A stretch of 64,000 nt of DNA from the human T2T-CHM13v2.0 reference genome, Homo sapiens, in assembly GCF_009914755.1 (NCBI RefSeq), contig NC_060947.1, one strand, 5' to 3'. The translations under genes and the position numbers were made by a program. Within the stretch, counting starts at the first letter, position 1; each line of letters begins with the position of its first letter. Below are positions 46,650 through 63,645 of the stretch, in pieces. The notes beneath the pieces were generated by a model. It worked only from the letters and a program-made list of their open reading frames with translations, had not been told where the DNA came from and ran no database searches.

Positions 46650-49487
46650 GTAATGAGTATTTATTTATTTATTTTTATTTTATTTTATTTTATTTTATTT
46701 TACTATTTTATTTGATTCTATGTTATTTTACTTTATTTTACCATTTTATTTGATTCTATGTTATTTTACTTTATTTTATTTGATTCTATGTTATTTTACT
46801 ATTTTATTTTATTATTTATTTTGGAGACAGGGTCTCGCTCTGTTGCCCTGGCCAGAGTGAAGTGATGTAATTGCAGCCTCGAACTCCTGGGCTCAAGCAA
46901 TCTTCCTCCCTCAGCCTTTCAAGTAGTTAGGACTACAGATGTGTACCACCTACATTGCACCACCTATATTTCACCACCTATATTGGCTATATTTCAAATT
47001 TTTTGCAGAGACAGGATCTTGCTGTGTTGTTCAGGCTATTCTTGAACTCCCGGCCTCAAGCAATCCTCTGCCTCAGCCTCCCAAAATGCTGGGATTACAG
47101 GCACCAGCTATTGTGGCCCAGCCTGATAATCAGTATTAAAGTCCATTTTAGAAGTGTTTGGGGCCAGGCACAGTGGCTCATGCCTGTAATCCCAGCACTT
47201 TGGGAAGCCGAGGTGGGCGGATCACTTGAGGTCAGGAGTTTGACACCAGCCTGAGCAATATGATGAAACCCTGTCTCTACTAAAAATACAAAAATTCGCC
47301 GGGCGTGGTGGTACATGCCTGTAATCCAGCTACTCAGGAGGATGAAGCAGGAGAATCGCTTGAACCCGCAAAGCGGAGGCTGCTGTGAGTTGAGATCACG
47401 CCACAGCACTCCAGCCTGGGAGACAGAGCGAGCCCCTGTCTCAAAAGGAAAAAAAAAAAAAAAAAAGAAGTGCTTCACGCCTGTAATCCCAGCACTTTGG
47501 GAGGCCGAGGTCTCCTCAGGCAGATCACCTGAGGTCAGGAGTTTGAAACCAGCAGCCAACATGGTGAACCCCTGTTTCTACTAAAAATACAAAATTAGCT
47601 GGGCAGAGTGACGCGTGCCTGTAATCCCAGCTACTGGGGAGGCTGAGGCAGGAGAATCGCTTGAACCCAGGAGGCGGAGGTTGCCTTGAGCCAAGATTGT
47701 GCCAATGCACAATCTATCTAGGTGATAGAGTGAGACTCTGTCTCAAAAAAAGGCGGGGGGGTGGTTGGATACAAGTATTATTTAATGACTTAAAAATTCT
47801 CATCTCCATGGTGAAAGACCAATTGCTTTTGAAATGCACAGACATTGTTTTGCGAGGAGTTCAGTTCTACTATCCACCAGCACCTGGGGATTACATTTAG
47901 TTGATAGTAAATAAATTTAAATGTTTTTGATGACATTGACTGAAAAATACCATGCACACTAAGACATTTCAAGTTATGATGGAGGAAGGCAATTTTTTCT
48001 TGTTTTTTTTTTTGTTGGTCTGTGTTCTACTCACTTATTCTTCCCTCTGCAAGAGTTATCTGCGGCCACTTTGCCTGTGTTCCTACAGCACTTCCCATCT
48101 CCGCCTTGGCAATTGTGTCTCACGAACGTGAGACACTCAGGAAAGAGATGCTGGTCTGTAAAGTTGGAAGAGTCTCAGCGATTCCATTGGTGGGGCAAAT
48201 GTGTGCAGATTGAGGAAGCTAAGATACACTGGGTGTCTTCCTCTCTCCACCTGCTTTAACCATTGGGAGTTCCCCTGATTGTGATTGTTTCAGGACGTTG
48301 CTTGGATGTTGTCATATTCCTAGGGTTCAAGGCACTCCGTGAAATCCAAGGAAACAAGCTTTGGGTATGTCCCAGTGCCTTTTCCCTTGGGTCTTGCAAC
48401 TGAAGAATTGTGTTTCTTCCCTAGAAAAACGAACACACTTTTGCCCACTCACCCACCTCCTGCAAGTCTCCAAAACCACAGCGTTGTATCCTAGACTATG
48501 TTCCCCCAGGAGGTGGTTCCTCCCTCTGCATTCCCGTACTCCATACTGCTTGATATGTTCTTACATGCAACACCGTGCAATTGTGTTTAGTTGATTCCTG
48601 TGAATTAGAATGAGAACTCTACATGGGCATGGATTTTTGCCTTTCATTCACTGCTGCATTCCCTAGTCTGGAAAGCTGTGCCTGGCACACAATGAGTCCT
48701 AGGTGAAGGTCAGTGAAGTCATTAATGCTTGAGTCCCAACAGGCAAACAGCTGGATTCATGAATGAAAGACTTACCGCTACATCCCTTCATCAGGGTGTA
48801 TAGCTTCAACTCCATTTCCTGGAAAGCTCTACAATAGTTCTTCCTCCTCAAAAGGCTCTGGTCTTGTGATTCATAGCATTCGTCCACCAAGACATGAACA
48901 AGGGATCTTTATGTCAGAGGTTCCCTGTTCAAAGCTGTTTTAGAGGCCAGGCGTGGTGGCTCATTCAGGTAATCCCAGCACTTTGGGAGGCCGAAGTGGG
49001 AAGACCACTTGAGGTCAGGAGTTCGAGACCAGCCTGGCCAACATGGTGAAACCCCATCTCCATTAAAATACAAAAATTAGCCAGGCATGGTGGCATGTAC
49101 CTGTAATCACAACTACTTGAGAGGCTGAGGCAGGAGAATCACTTGAACCTGGGAGGCGGAGTTCAGTTGGAGTTGCAGTGAGCCGAGATCATGCCATTGC
49201 ACTCCAGCCTGGGTGACAGAACGAGACTCCATCTCAAAAACAGTAAAAATAAAAAAGCTGTTTTAGGAAACATCCCTTTTTTATTATTTTTTCTTTGAGT
49301 CAGGGACTTGCTTGGTTGCCTAGGCTGAAATGCAGTGGCGGGATCACAGCTCACTGCAGCCTCCACCTCCTGGGCTCAAGCAATCCTCCGACTTTAGCCT
49401 CCTGAATAGCTGGGACTACAGACACACAGCACTCCACCTGGCTAATTTTTTCTTTTTTCTTTTTCTTTTTCTTTCTTTTTCTTTTTC

Positions 49488-49521
<34 letters not shown>

Positions 49522-51478
49522 TGTGTTGGGACAGGGTTTCCCTCTGTTGCCCAGGCTGGTCACAAACTCCTGGCCTTAAGTGACCCTCCTGCCTTGACCT
49601 CTCAAAGTGCTGGGATTACAGATGTGAGCCACTGAGCCCAGCCCTAGGAAACAGCCTCTTAAGCCAAGTGCAATGACTCTTGAACTCCCCAGAGCCTCTG
49701 TGCATGCTACCTCGACTTCAGCTTCACAGATGTATGCAACTGCGGGATCAGGTTAGGGGCACTCACTTACCGGCAGTCCCAAAGCTCTGGAGAGTCTGTG
49801 CTGAGGGAATGGTCCATGTTAAAGCAAAGCAGAACAACCACTCTGCCTTTTGTATTTTATACTTGTTTTTTTTTTGAAACAGGGTCTCTCTGTGTCACTC
49901 AGGCTGGAATGCAGTGGTGTGATCATAGCTAACTGCAGCCTCCAGTTCCTGGGCTCAAGTGATCCTCCTGGCAGATGGGACTACAGGCGCACACCACCAA
50001 GCCCAGATAATTTTTTGTATTTTTTTGTAGAGACAGGGGGTCTCACTATGTTGCCCAGACTGGTCTCCAACTCCTGGCCTCAAGCAATCCTCCCGCCTCC
50101 ACCTCCCAAAGTGCTGGGTTGCACCCGGCTTGCATTTCACACGTTTAATAAACTCAATCAGCATGTTTCCTACCCCCTAGAGTGACAATGGTGCACATTA
50201 GCATGGATTTCTTATAGATCGAGACCAAAGACCTAATTACTTATCTATAGACCAATCTTGGAGAGGAAAGGCAGACTCCAAGGGTTAATTCGGGGTCCAG
50301 GAACCACAGAAGGAAGGTCTCCTTGGATCTCGTTTGAGCCTGAAGTAGCTCAGTCTATGACAGACACCATCAGAGGGCAGAGGCACAGGTGAACGCAGCA
50401 GTCGGAACTTTGTCAGAGCAGCAAAGGACATCTTAGGAAATGAGGCTTGCAAAGCAGCCTTGGGTTATTGAGAAAGCTCTCTCAGCGTGGATTCTCAGGG
50501 CTCTGGGATCTTCTCTGCCTTGCAGGTGCCTCTTTGTTTTTTGGGAGGAAGCAGGTGGGTCTCATGTGTCAGGGCAGTAAGGAGCAGGAATGAATGGATG
50601 AAACAAATCTGTTGGGGTGGGTAGCGGCTGTGCTCTGGGGAGCCAAGAGAGAGACAGGGGGATGGTGCTGGTTTCAGACAAGATAGTTGAGCAGGAACTT
50701 GAAAGAGAAAAGGAGAGTGGATCGTGGGGACCTGAGAAGCTGGAATTCTCCCTGGGGAATCGGCCACTGCCAACGTGAGGGCTGGGGTTAGGAGCATGCC
50801 TATGGTGATGGAGAAGCCTGGGGGAGGTGCCTGGTTGATGGGGCAAGAGGAGCCATCTGGAGAGAAGGAAAAGCCTGGAGTCTCCTTCCGGGCTTGCTTA
50901 AGGACTAGGGAGGGGCAGGACATGAGATGATGTTGGAGGATTCTGAGCAGGGGATGGGCCTAGGTGGGAGGTGGGGCAGAAGGAGAGCTGGACGAGGACA
51001 TGGTGAGAGGTGATGTTGGCTCATCCAGGAAGGACGGCCAGGAGGAAGCAGAGGGAAAGGGGCATGCAAAGGTCCAGAGGCAGGAGCAACGGGGAACATC
51101 CAGGGAAGGAGGGAAGGGCAGGGGATTTGGAGATGGGGCACCCTGAGAGAGGGATCCAGGCAGCAGGCAGACACGACAGCCTGAGCTTCACCCCAGCTCA
51201 CGGTTGGCCCTGGGAGGGCTTTGAGCAGAAGAGGGGCAAACATCAGCAATATGAGGCCACACTGCAGACGTTCTGGGCCCTGCACACGCCTCCTTGCAGG
51301 CAAGGCGGCCAGCCCACAAGGTAATTTAATTCCTGGTGCCTGTGGGCGTCCTGCAAAGAGCCAGTTGGCGTCGGAACGCTCTTCTCCAAAACCTGTGCCA
51401 GTGCCCCCAGCGCAGACCTGGTGTGAAGGGGACCTTTGGAGAGGTCTCATGAGCAATGCCGCGTGCTCTGCCCCACAG

Positions 51479-51547
51479 GTTACTTCAATGATGTGGACCG
51501 TGATGACGGACGCTACCCGCCCAGGCCCAGGCCACGGCCGCCTGCAG
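51479..51547 (+). CDS. XG: XG exon 6 (69 nt; GYFNDVDRDDGRYPPRPRPRPPA-G)
   Basis: Acceptor ccacag|GT, donor GCAG|gtaggt, in frame. Confidence 0.96.
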
Positions 51548-51829
51548 GTAGGTGCCGAGCCTCCCCAGATGCGACACATTGAATTTGCACAGAGAGGGTG
51601 GGATGAGAGGCCTGAAGTTGGGGATGAGAGAGCTGAGGTTGGGGCAGAGTTGGTGACGAGCAGACGATAAGCTGGTGCAGGGGATGACAGAGAAGGCCCC
51701 ATGGCCGCATCAGTGGGGTTTGCGGTCTGGGCATCTGTCCGCCTCTCCAGGCTGGGGGACTGGATGGAAACAAAATGAACAGGCAGAACTGGAGGGTCCA
51801 CTGAAACACTTGCGGTCATTTCTGTTTAG

Positions 51830-53412
51830 ACTTGTATATGTGTAAGTGTGGGTGTACATGTCCAGACACACCTTTATATATCTGCATGCTTATCAATCTT
51901 CATTTGTGTGTATATAGATGTTTATGTATCTTTATATTTGTGTGTATATATGCTTTTAAATATATATAAATGCATCTACATATGTAGGTATATGGTTTTT
52001 TTCATGTGTGTATATACATGCTTTTGTATATATACAGTACGTGGATACCTTTCTCTGTTTTTATATATGTATATCCTGACTTTATATATATCCTTATATA
52101 TATCTTTACATAGGTACATGTTTTATATGTGTATATATATCTTTATATTTATATGCAGATATATGCTTTTTATATATATTTATGTATATGTATATCGTTT
52201 AATATATCTTTTTAAAAATATATCTTCATGTATATCTTTAAATACATATACATTTTATATACATTTTAATATTTTATGTGTATGTTATATAAATATATAT
52301 CTTTACATATATAATTAAATATATGCCTTTATTTATATACATCTTTATATATGTACATATATACCTTTACATGTATGTGCCTTTATTTATATATGTATAT
52401 ATTTATATATACACTTTTATATATACATATGTGTATATCTTTATATGTGTGTATAAATGCCTTTATATACGTACACATATACCTTTATGTGTATATACTT
52501 TTATATGTGTTATGTATGTACACACAACTTTATATATACATGTGTATATATCTTTATATAGGTATATAAATGTCTTTAAATATGTATATACATATCTTTT
52601 GTATTTATTTATTTTTTTTTGAGACGGAGTCTCGCTCTGTCGCCCAGGCTGGAGAGCAGTGGCACAATTTTGGCTCACTGCAACCTCTGCCTCCCGGGTT
52701 CAAGTGATGTTCTGCCTCAGCCTCCTGAGTAGCTGGGATTACAGGCGCCTGCCAGCACGCCTGGCTAACTTTTGTATTTTTAGTAGAGACGGGGTTTCAC
52801 CATTTTGGCCAGGCTGGTCCTGAACTCCTGACCTCGTGATCCACCTGCCTCAGCCTCTCAAAGCGTTGGGATTACAGGCGTGAGCCACTGTACCTGGTCT
52901 ATATGTATATCTTCTAATGTATCTTTATATATATCTTTAATATATCTTTATATACATGTACATTTTATATACATTTTTATATTTTATGTATGTTATATAA
53001 ATATATACATTTATACATATATAATTATATACCTTTATTTATATATCTTTATATGTACATATATACCTATATATGCTTTTATATATGTATGTGTACATTT
53101 ATATATACACTTTTATATATGCATATGTATATGTCTTTATGTGTATAAATATCTTCATAAATATATTTATATATCTATACATAACCTTTATATATGTATA
53201 AATATCTTATATAAATATATATTTTATGTGTATATATGCATTATTTGTATAAACACATATTTGTAAATGTCTTTCCATATATATGCATATATAGCTTACA
53301 TATGTTTCTATACTGTTATATATAGGTGTATACCTTTACATATGTATGCATACTGTTTTATATATGTGTATATAGGTCCCTTCATGTATATATGTATATA
53401 CATTTAGGTATA

Positions 53413-53444
<32 letters not shown>

Positions 53445-53500
53445 CACCTTTATATATGTACATTTATCTTTATACACACAGACATATATAAACACTTCTA
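51830..53500. repeat. About 1.7-kb degenerate (TA/TG)n low-complexity tract with an Alu (about 52600-52898)
   Basis: Directly visible alternating purine-pyrimidine AT-rich sequence. Confidence 0.95.
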
Positions 53501-54253
53501 ATATAAAGTTTTCTCTGTAATTGGAGGTGAATGTCTATCAATAATCTTTCATATAGAAATACAAGTACAGACTATAGGAGACAGAGATGCATACAACATT
53601 GGGCTGAAGAGTGTGATGTTTGAGGCTTTATTTTCAAGCATGTGAGGTTTCTGGCCTGTTTAGTTCTGCAATTTTATTTTAGAAGACATAAAGGACTTGT
53701 CCCAGATATTTTGCAAAGCTGGACCTGCATCTTTCGGACAACCAGATTGCATCCAGTCATCTTTTCTGCCGTGTTTACTTGCAATAAATAAAGAGCGCTG
53801 TCTTAGGATTTATTACAATAACAATCAGGAATAAACTAAAAATTACTAGTTATTTTTGAAAGGAGAAGCTGAGAACATTTACGATTGAGACCATCTGCTG
53901 GAAGGTCCTCCTAATCCGGCGTCGGCGTGGCTGATCTCATATCAGTTTCTCGGCAGGAAGCGGGTGCGCCTGCGTGAATTTGGAGTCCCCAGGGTAAATG
54001 TTAGTCCCGTGACGGCAAAGTGTTTTTGATAGCTAGAGCTCAGTGTTGGCATGAGTTTTCCCACGGGGAAGAGGAAGCTTTGGTGGGGCCACCCTTGACT
54101 CTCCCCTGCTGGTCACTCTTTGGAGCTCTCTTGGCAGTGACACGTTCACACGACTTGTTGCCATTCCCAATGAGCTGGACAGACCAACACCTGCAGGAAA
54201 CCCCACGCTCAGACACCTGAACATCCCTCAACTCTACCTTCTCTGTCTAACAG

Positions 54254-54304
54254 GAGGTGGCGGCGGTGGCTACTCCAGTTATGGCAACTCCGACAACACG
54301 CACG
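54254..54304 (+). CDS. XG: XG exon 7 (51 nt; GGGGGGYSSYGNSDNTH-G)
   Basis: Acceptor taacag|GA, weak donor CACG|gtaccc, in frame. Confidence 0.94.
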
Positions 54305-54647
54305 GTACCCCTACATCTGGGCATGCGATGGTGGGTGGAGGGTGGGAGGGGTCATCTTTCTAGGGCTCCCGCTTGCACTCTGCCCTGGGCCTTCTACCTG
54401 GAGTCTTTGGTGAGTAGGGTGCTGTGTGCTGGTGCCTGGTCTTCTGAGAACCTGTCTGTGCTGGGCTGTTCTGCTTCTGTTCCCCAGGAGGGTGGGTGCA
54501 GCCACACATACACACACGCATACACACATGCACACACACACACACACACACACCCCTTTAGGTAAAAGTAAACAGAGCAAAGAACTATACAACTAATTAG
54601 AGAAAGAGAGCATCCAACAAACTGGAGAGCATCCAACAAATTCTTTA

Positions 54648-54896
<249 letters not shown>

Positions 54897-55064
54897 TCAC
54901 TTGAGCCCAGGAGGTCGAGGCTTCAGTGAGCAGACAGAGATAAGATCGTGCCACTGCACTCCAGCTTGGGTGACAGACTGAGATCCTGTCTCAAAGAAAA
55001 AGAAAAGAAAAGAAAAGAAAAAAAGCAAGAGAACTCTTTTGGTCGGTGCTTATGCCCAGAGTGA

Positions 55065-55751
<687 letters not shown>

Positions 55752-55869
55752 TGAGTAACCATCTTTTTGGTTAAAACTAATATGTGCCAAGAGCTCTGGT
55801 AATGTGGGAAGTACTTTTTTTTCTTTTTCTTTCTTTTTTTTTTTTTAAGATATGGTCTCATTAGGCTTT

Positions 55870-57450
55870 GTGAGAGCCAAGGCTGTTGGCCCCCTAAGTT
55901 TTCTCTGAATCACTGACATGAGGCAGCTTAATTAACAGGAGAAAAAGCGTATAAATTTATTGAGTGGATATACACGCAAACCTTCAGAACCAAGACTCAA
56001 CCACCAATGGGATGCAAAAGCTTATAGACCATCTTTTTTAACTTTGATGTTAGGTTCAGGGGTCCTTGTGTAGGGTTGTTACATAGGTAAATTGTTTGTC
56101 ACCGGGGTTTGGTGTACACATTATGTCATCACCCAGGCAATAAGCATAGTACCTGATAGGTAGTTTTTCCATCCTCACTCTACTCCCACCCTCTGCCCTC
56201 AAGTAGGCCCTGGTGTCTGGTGTTCCCTTCTTTGTGTCCATGTTGTCAATCGAGAAAAATGACGAGACGAGCGTAAAAGATTTATTTGCCAAAGTTAAGG
56301 TTAAGGGCGCGCCCCAGGAGACAGGTCTGTGGCCTTCTCCGAAGATGATTTTGAAGGCTGCAAATTTAAAGGGGAAAGGGTGGGGGTAGGGAAAAAGAGT
56401 TATTCATGCTTTTGTCTGGCTCAGTGAATCTGTGTTTTTTTACATAAGATGGCATAGACAAATGGGGCAGAGGGAAAATGCAGGGAATCTGCATGTTGCA
56501 TAAGATAATCTGGACAAAATGGGGCAGGGGAGCAATCACATATGATTTGTGTCTGCTGGGCGGGGGTGACTGCAAAGCTGTCGATTTGCATATTGTCATG
56601 GTGAAATCTTCACAGCTCACTAGGATTTTCCTTGTGGGCAAAATATGGGGGAGACGTGTAGCTTTTCATCTTGTAGCCATTTTATTTAGGAACCAAAAGG
56701 GGGAGGCAGGTTTGTGTGACCCAGTTCCCAGCTTGACTTTTCCCTTTGACTAAATGAGTTCAGGATCACAAAATTTAATTTCCTTTCACAATGCGTACTC
56801 CGTGTTTAGCTCCCACTTGTAAATGAGAACACATGGTATTTGGTTTTCTGTTCCTGCATTAGTTTGCTCAGGAGAATGGCCACCAGCTCGATCCATGTTG
56901 CTGCAAAGGACATGATCTTGTTCTTTTTTATGGCTGTGTATATGGGCCACATTGTATATGGGCCACATTTCCCTTATCCAGTCTACCATTGATGGGAACC
57001 TAGGCTGATTCCATGTCTTTACTATTTGAGTTTGCTATTTGTTGTTCTTTGCAGGAAGAATGTGGGCTCAGAGCATGGCCCCAAATAGGTGACGTTGGTA
57101 AAGCAGGTTTAACGGGTGGCAAGCCAGGTGATGAGAGGGAGACAGGAAGAGGCCTGCTTAGCAAGGGGGTCCTTGTTATGCAGATGAAGGTTCCCAGGTA
57201 GCAGCGCTCAGAGACGACCATGGTAAATGTTTCTTTTCAGACCTGTAAAGGTGTCAGAGTCTCCGTTTCTCTCTCCTACATCCAGGAAAAGCTTAGAAAG
57301 GGAAGGCCTGGCTGCAACAGCAAAGATCCTCTACAGATGCCAATTTCCCCACCTCAGTCTGCTGGCCCTGGAGCGGCAATTTCAAAATAAGGCAAAGCAA
57401 TATATTTTGGAGTAAAATATTTTGATGTCCGTCATCTTCGTTACCTCGGA
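55870..57450. mobile_element. Nested cluster: ERV1 LTR > antisense L1PA 3' end (about 56035-57025) > MER4-type LTR (56244-56790)
   Basis: L1 text ...TTTGTGTCCATGT is interrupted and resumes ATGCGTACTC...TTTAGCTCCCACTT. TSD atgt/atgc. Confidence 0.75.
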
Positions 57451-58012
57451 AGCGAGTGTTGTCATCAGATCCATTTAACAAAATGAAAGCAATGCATGAC
57501 GCTCGACTGTCCACTTCAAAGGAGCAATAGCTGTGGCCCTATAGGTAGCCCATCCTCAGAACTCACTCCCTATGACACAGACAAGCTTCAGGATGGGAGG
57601 GGGCTCATGACAAAGTGCTCATTACCTGGGGTCAAGAACTGTCTACTTTTGGCCGGGCATGGTGGCCCACGCCTGTAATCCCAGCACTTTAGGAGGCCAA
57701 GGTGGGTGGATCCCTTGAGTTCAGGAGTTCAAGACCAGCCTGGGCAAAATAGTGAAACCCTGTCTCTACAAGAAAATACAAAAATTAGCTGGGCATGGAA
57801 GTGTGCGCCTGTGGTCCCAGCTACTCGGGAGGTGTAAGTGACCCTGGAAGTTTGAGGCTGCAGTGAACCGTGATAGCACCACTACCTTCCAGCCTGGGCC
57901 ATGGAGTGAGACCCTGTCTCAAAAAAAAAAAAAAAAAAAAAAAGGACACTAAAAAAGAATTGACCACCTTCAACTCAACGTACTATGAGATGAGTTCCTT
58001 CCACCATCTTTC

Positions 58013-60020
<2,008 letters not shown>

Positions 60021-60084
60021 ATTTAACTGAAAATGTCAGGCAAAGACCAAATTTAATATTTTTACAGAAAGCCACTGGGAGTAG

Positions 60085-60282
<198 letters not shown>

Positions 60283-60302
60283 TAGAGATGGGGTCTCACC
60301 GT

Positions 60303-61360
<1,058 letters not shown>

Positions 61361-62244
61361 CCACGTTGCCCAGGCTGGTCTTGAACTGGGCTCAAGCGAT
61401 CCTCCTACCTTGGCCTCCATAAGTGCTGGGATTACAGGCCTGCACCACCACATCCGGCCCACCTTGGAGCGTGTTATATAAAGCGAGCCGTCCCCACACC
61501 CCTACAGCCTACGAATGAGCCTTTTCACCCCATGCACGATTCTCTGAAACTGCTCTCTGTAAGGAGCTATTCGGGACACGTTCTTTTGTTCTCTGGCATA
61601 CTCATCAGGTAGAAAGAAGTGATTCAGCAAGCGGCTCCCCTGAGAGCCCTGATCGTTTCCTGTTTTCCTGTGAAGTTAGTCTCGGGAGGTCTGCGCTGTG
61701 CCATTTTTGGGGGACCATTATCTGGCTCCCGAATGGATCAAAGCTTACTGGTCAGGGGGCTGCTGTATCCCTGGGGCAAAACTGCCAGAAAATAGCAGGT
61801 AGCCCTGTGGTCCTTGGCAGGGCCAGGGCCCGGTGGAAGCAGCAGCTGGGCCAAGAACATCAGGCGTGCATGAGGCACAGCCCAGTTTTGGGAGCATGAC
61901 GCTTGTTTTCGAGGATGCCTGTGCTCCCCTTCCTGCCTGGACCCCTGCTCTCCAGCCCCGGCAGAGCGAGGCTGTGAGTCAGCGCTCGGATTAGCATCAG
62001 CATGGAGGTGCCGGCTGGGATGCAAGCCGCCGCCATGGGATGAGTCACGCGGCTTCTCCCCGAATCCCCAAAGGAGGCAGAGCGTGTTAGGCTTGTTCTG
62101 GCTTCATGCAGAGCACTGAGGGGTGAGGGCTGACCGTGGCTGGCCGCGGAGGGAAGCCCAAAGTCTGGCCTCCCTGCGGAGACTGGGGAGAAAATGTTGC
62201 GCTCGTCGTTTTTAAATACTGGGGGACAAGTTTCCCTTGTCTGC

Positions 62245-62856
62245 TAAGGCTGCCATTGTAAATTACAAGAGTCAGGAGGGCTGAAGCAAAAGGGATTTCT
62301 TCTCCCACAGTCCTGGAGGCTGGAAGTCTGAGATCAAGGTGTGAGCAGGGCTGGTTCCTCCTGAAGCCTCTCTCCTTGGCTCGTCGACATCATCATCTCC
62401 CTGTGTCCTCACAGGGTCGTCCCTCTGTGTGTGTCTGTGTTCCAATCTCCTCTCCTTATGAGGTGTCTTAGTCCATTTCAGGCTGCTATCACAGAATACT
62501 ATAGACTGGGTGGCTTAGAAACAGCAGACATTGATTCTCTCACCGTCCTAGAGGCTGGAGGTCCAAGATCAAGGTGTGAGCAGGGCTGGTTCCTCCTGAG
62601 GCCTCCCTCCTTGGCTTGGAGACACCATCTTCTCCCTGTGTCCTCACAGGGTCGTCCCTCTGTGTGTGTCTGTGTCCTCATCTCCTCTTCTTATAAGGTC
62701 TGTAGTCCTATTGGATTAGGGCCCACCCTAGTGATCTCGTTTTATTTTAATCACCTCTCTAAGGACGTTGTGTTCAAATACAGTCACAGTCTGATGCCCT
62801 GGGGGTTAGGACTGCGACCTGTGAATTTGGAGGGGGATATAGTTCAGCCCATAGAA
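62245..62856 (-). mobile_element. MLT1B-type LTR with tandem unit (antisense)
   Basis: Reverse complement of the same unit. The junction CTTATGAGGTGTCTTAGTCC is at about 62455-62474. Confidence 0.85.
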
Positions 62857-63645
62857 CCCACTATCCACATAAGTCATTCCACTTCAAAATCAGCACAAAG
62901 CATTAGTTTTAAAAATCTCAAATCTGTATTTTTAAAAATTGCTCTTAACACATTAGAAAAATATAGAAAAACTTTTTTTGCTGTTTTTCTGAGACAAAAT
63001 CTCACTCTGTAGCCCAGCCTGGAGTGCAGGGACGTGATCATAGATCATTGCAGCCTCCACCTCCTGGGCTCAAGCAATCTTTTGCCTCAGTCGTCTCCCA
63101 AGTAGTAGCTGAGACTACAGGTGCACATCACCACACCCAGCTATTTTTTTTTTTTAAGTAGAAACGGGGTCTCACTATGTTTCTCAGGCTGGGCTCCAAA
63201 TGAGCTCAAGTGGTCTTACCGCCTTAGCCTCCCAAAGTGGTAGGATTACAGGTGGGAGCCACCACACCCAACCTGGAGGAACTCTTTTTTTTAAAAATTT
63301 TAAATAAATTACTATTTGTGGCCTGCGTTTTCCTCCTATTCTCTTTTTTTTAAACCAACATTTGCTGGCATTTTTTTTTATGCCGAAGAAAACACCTTTG
63401 CCCATCTATGTCAGGCCTCCAGACCCTCAGGGATGTACATCTAATGCACCTTCAGCCACCGGTGTAAACAGTAAACAGGGGCCAGATGGCGCCTGTGCAC
63501 CTTCCCTGGCCTTGGGAGAGCATTGGAATCTCTGCAGCTTTTAAGAGCATCTTGCTTCAGGTTTGCTGACCTGCTTGCTTCTGTAAGATCATGCAGACTT
63601 CCTGAGCAATATCTAGCATTTCATGGTCTCTTTTCTATCCTGCAG

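Noticed and set aside
50905-51819. 304-aa minus-strand ORF overlapping exon 6
   Set aside because: It has no ATG at the annotated start and no recognisable domain. It lies in GC-rich sequence antisense to exon 6 and is consistent with chance.
51848-53520. Hydrophobic Y/I/C-rich ORFs
   Set aside because: Artefacts of the TA/TG low-complexity tract.
53957-53993. Possible cryptic exon (ggcag|GAAGCGGG...CCAGG|gtaaat)
   Set aside because: It is 37 nt and would shift the frame, unlike all real XG exons. It has no similarity to the XG modules and no other support.
54606-54640. Short direct duplications (GAGAGCATCCAACAAA twice; GTATATGGGCCACATT twice near 56938-56969)
   Set aside because: Ordinary slippage duplications with no sign of function.
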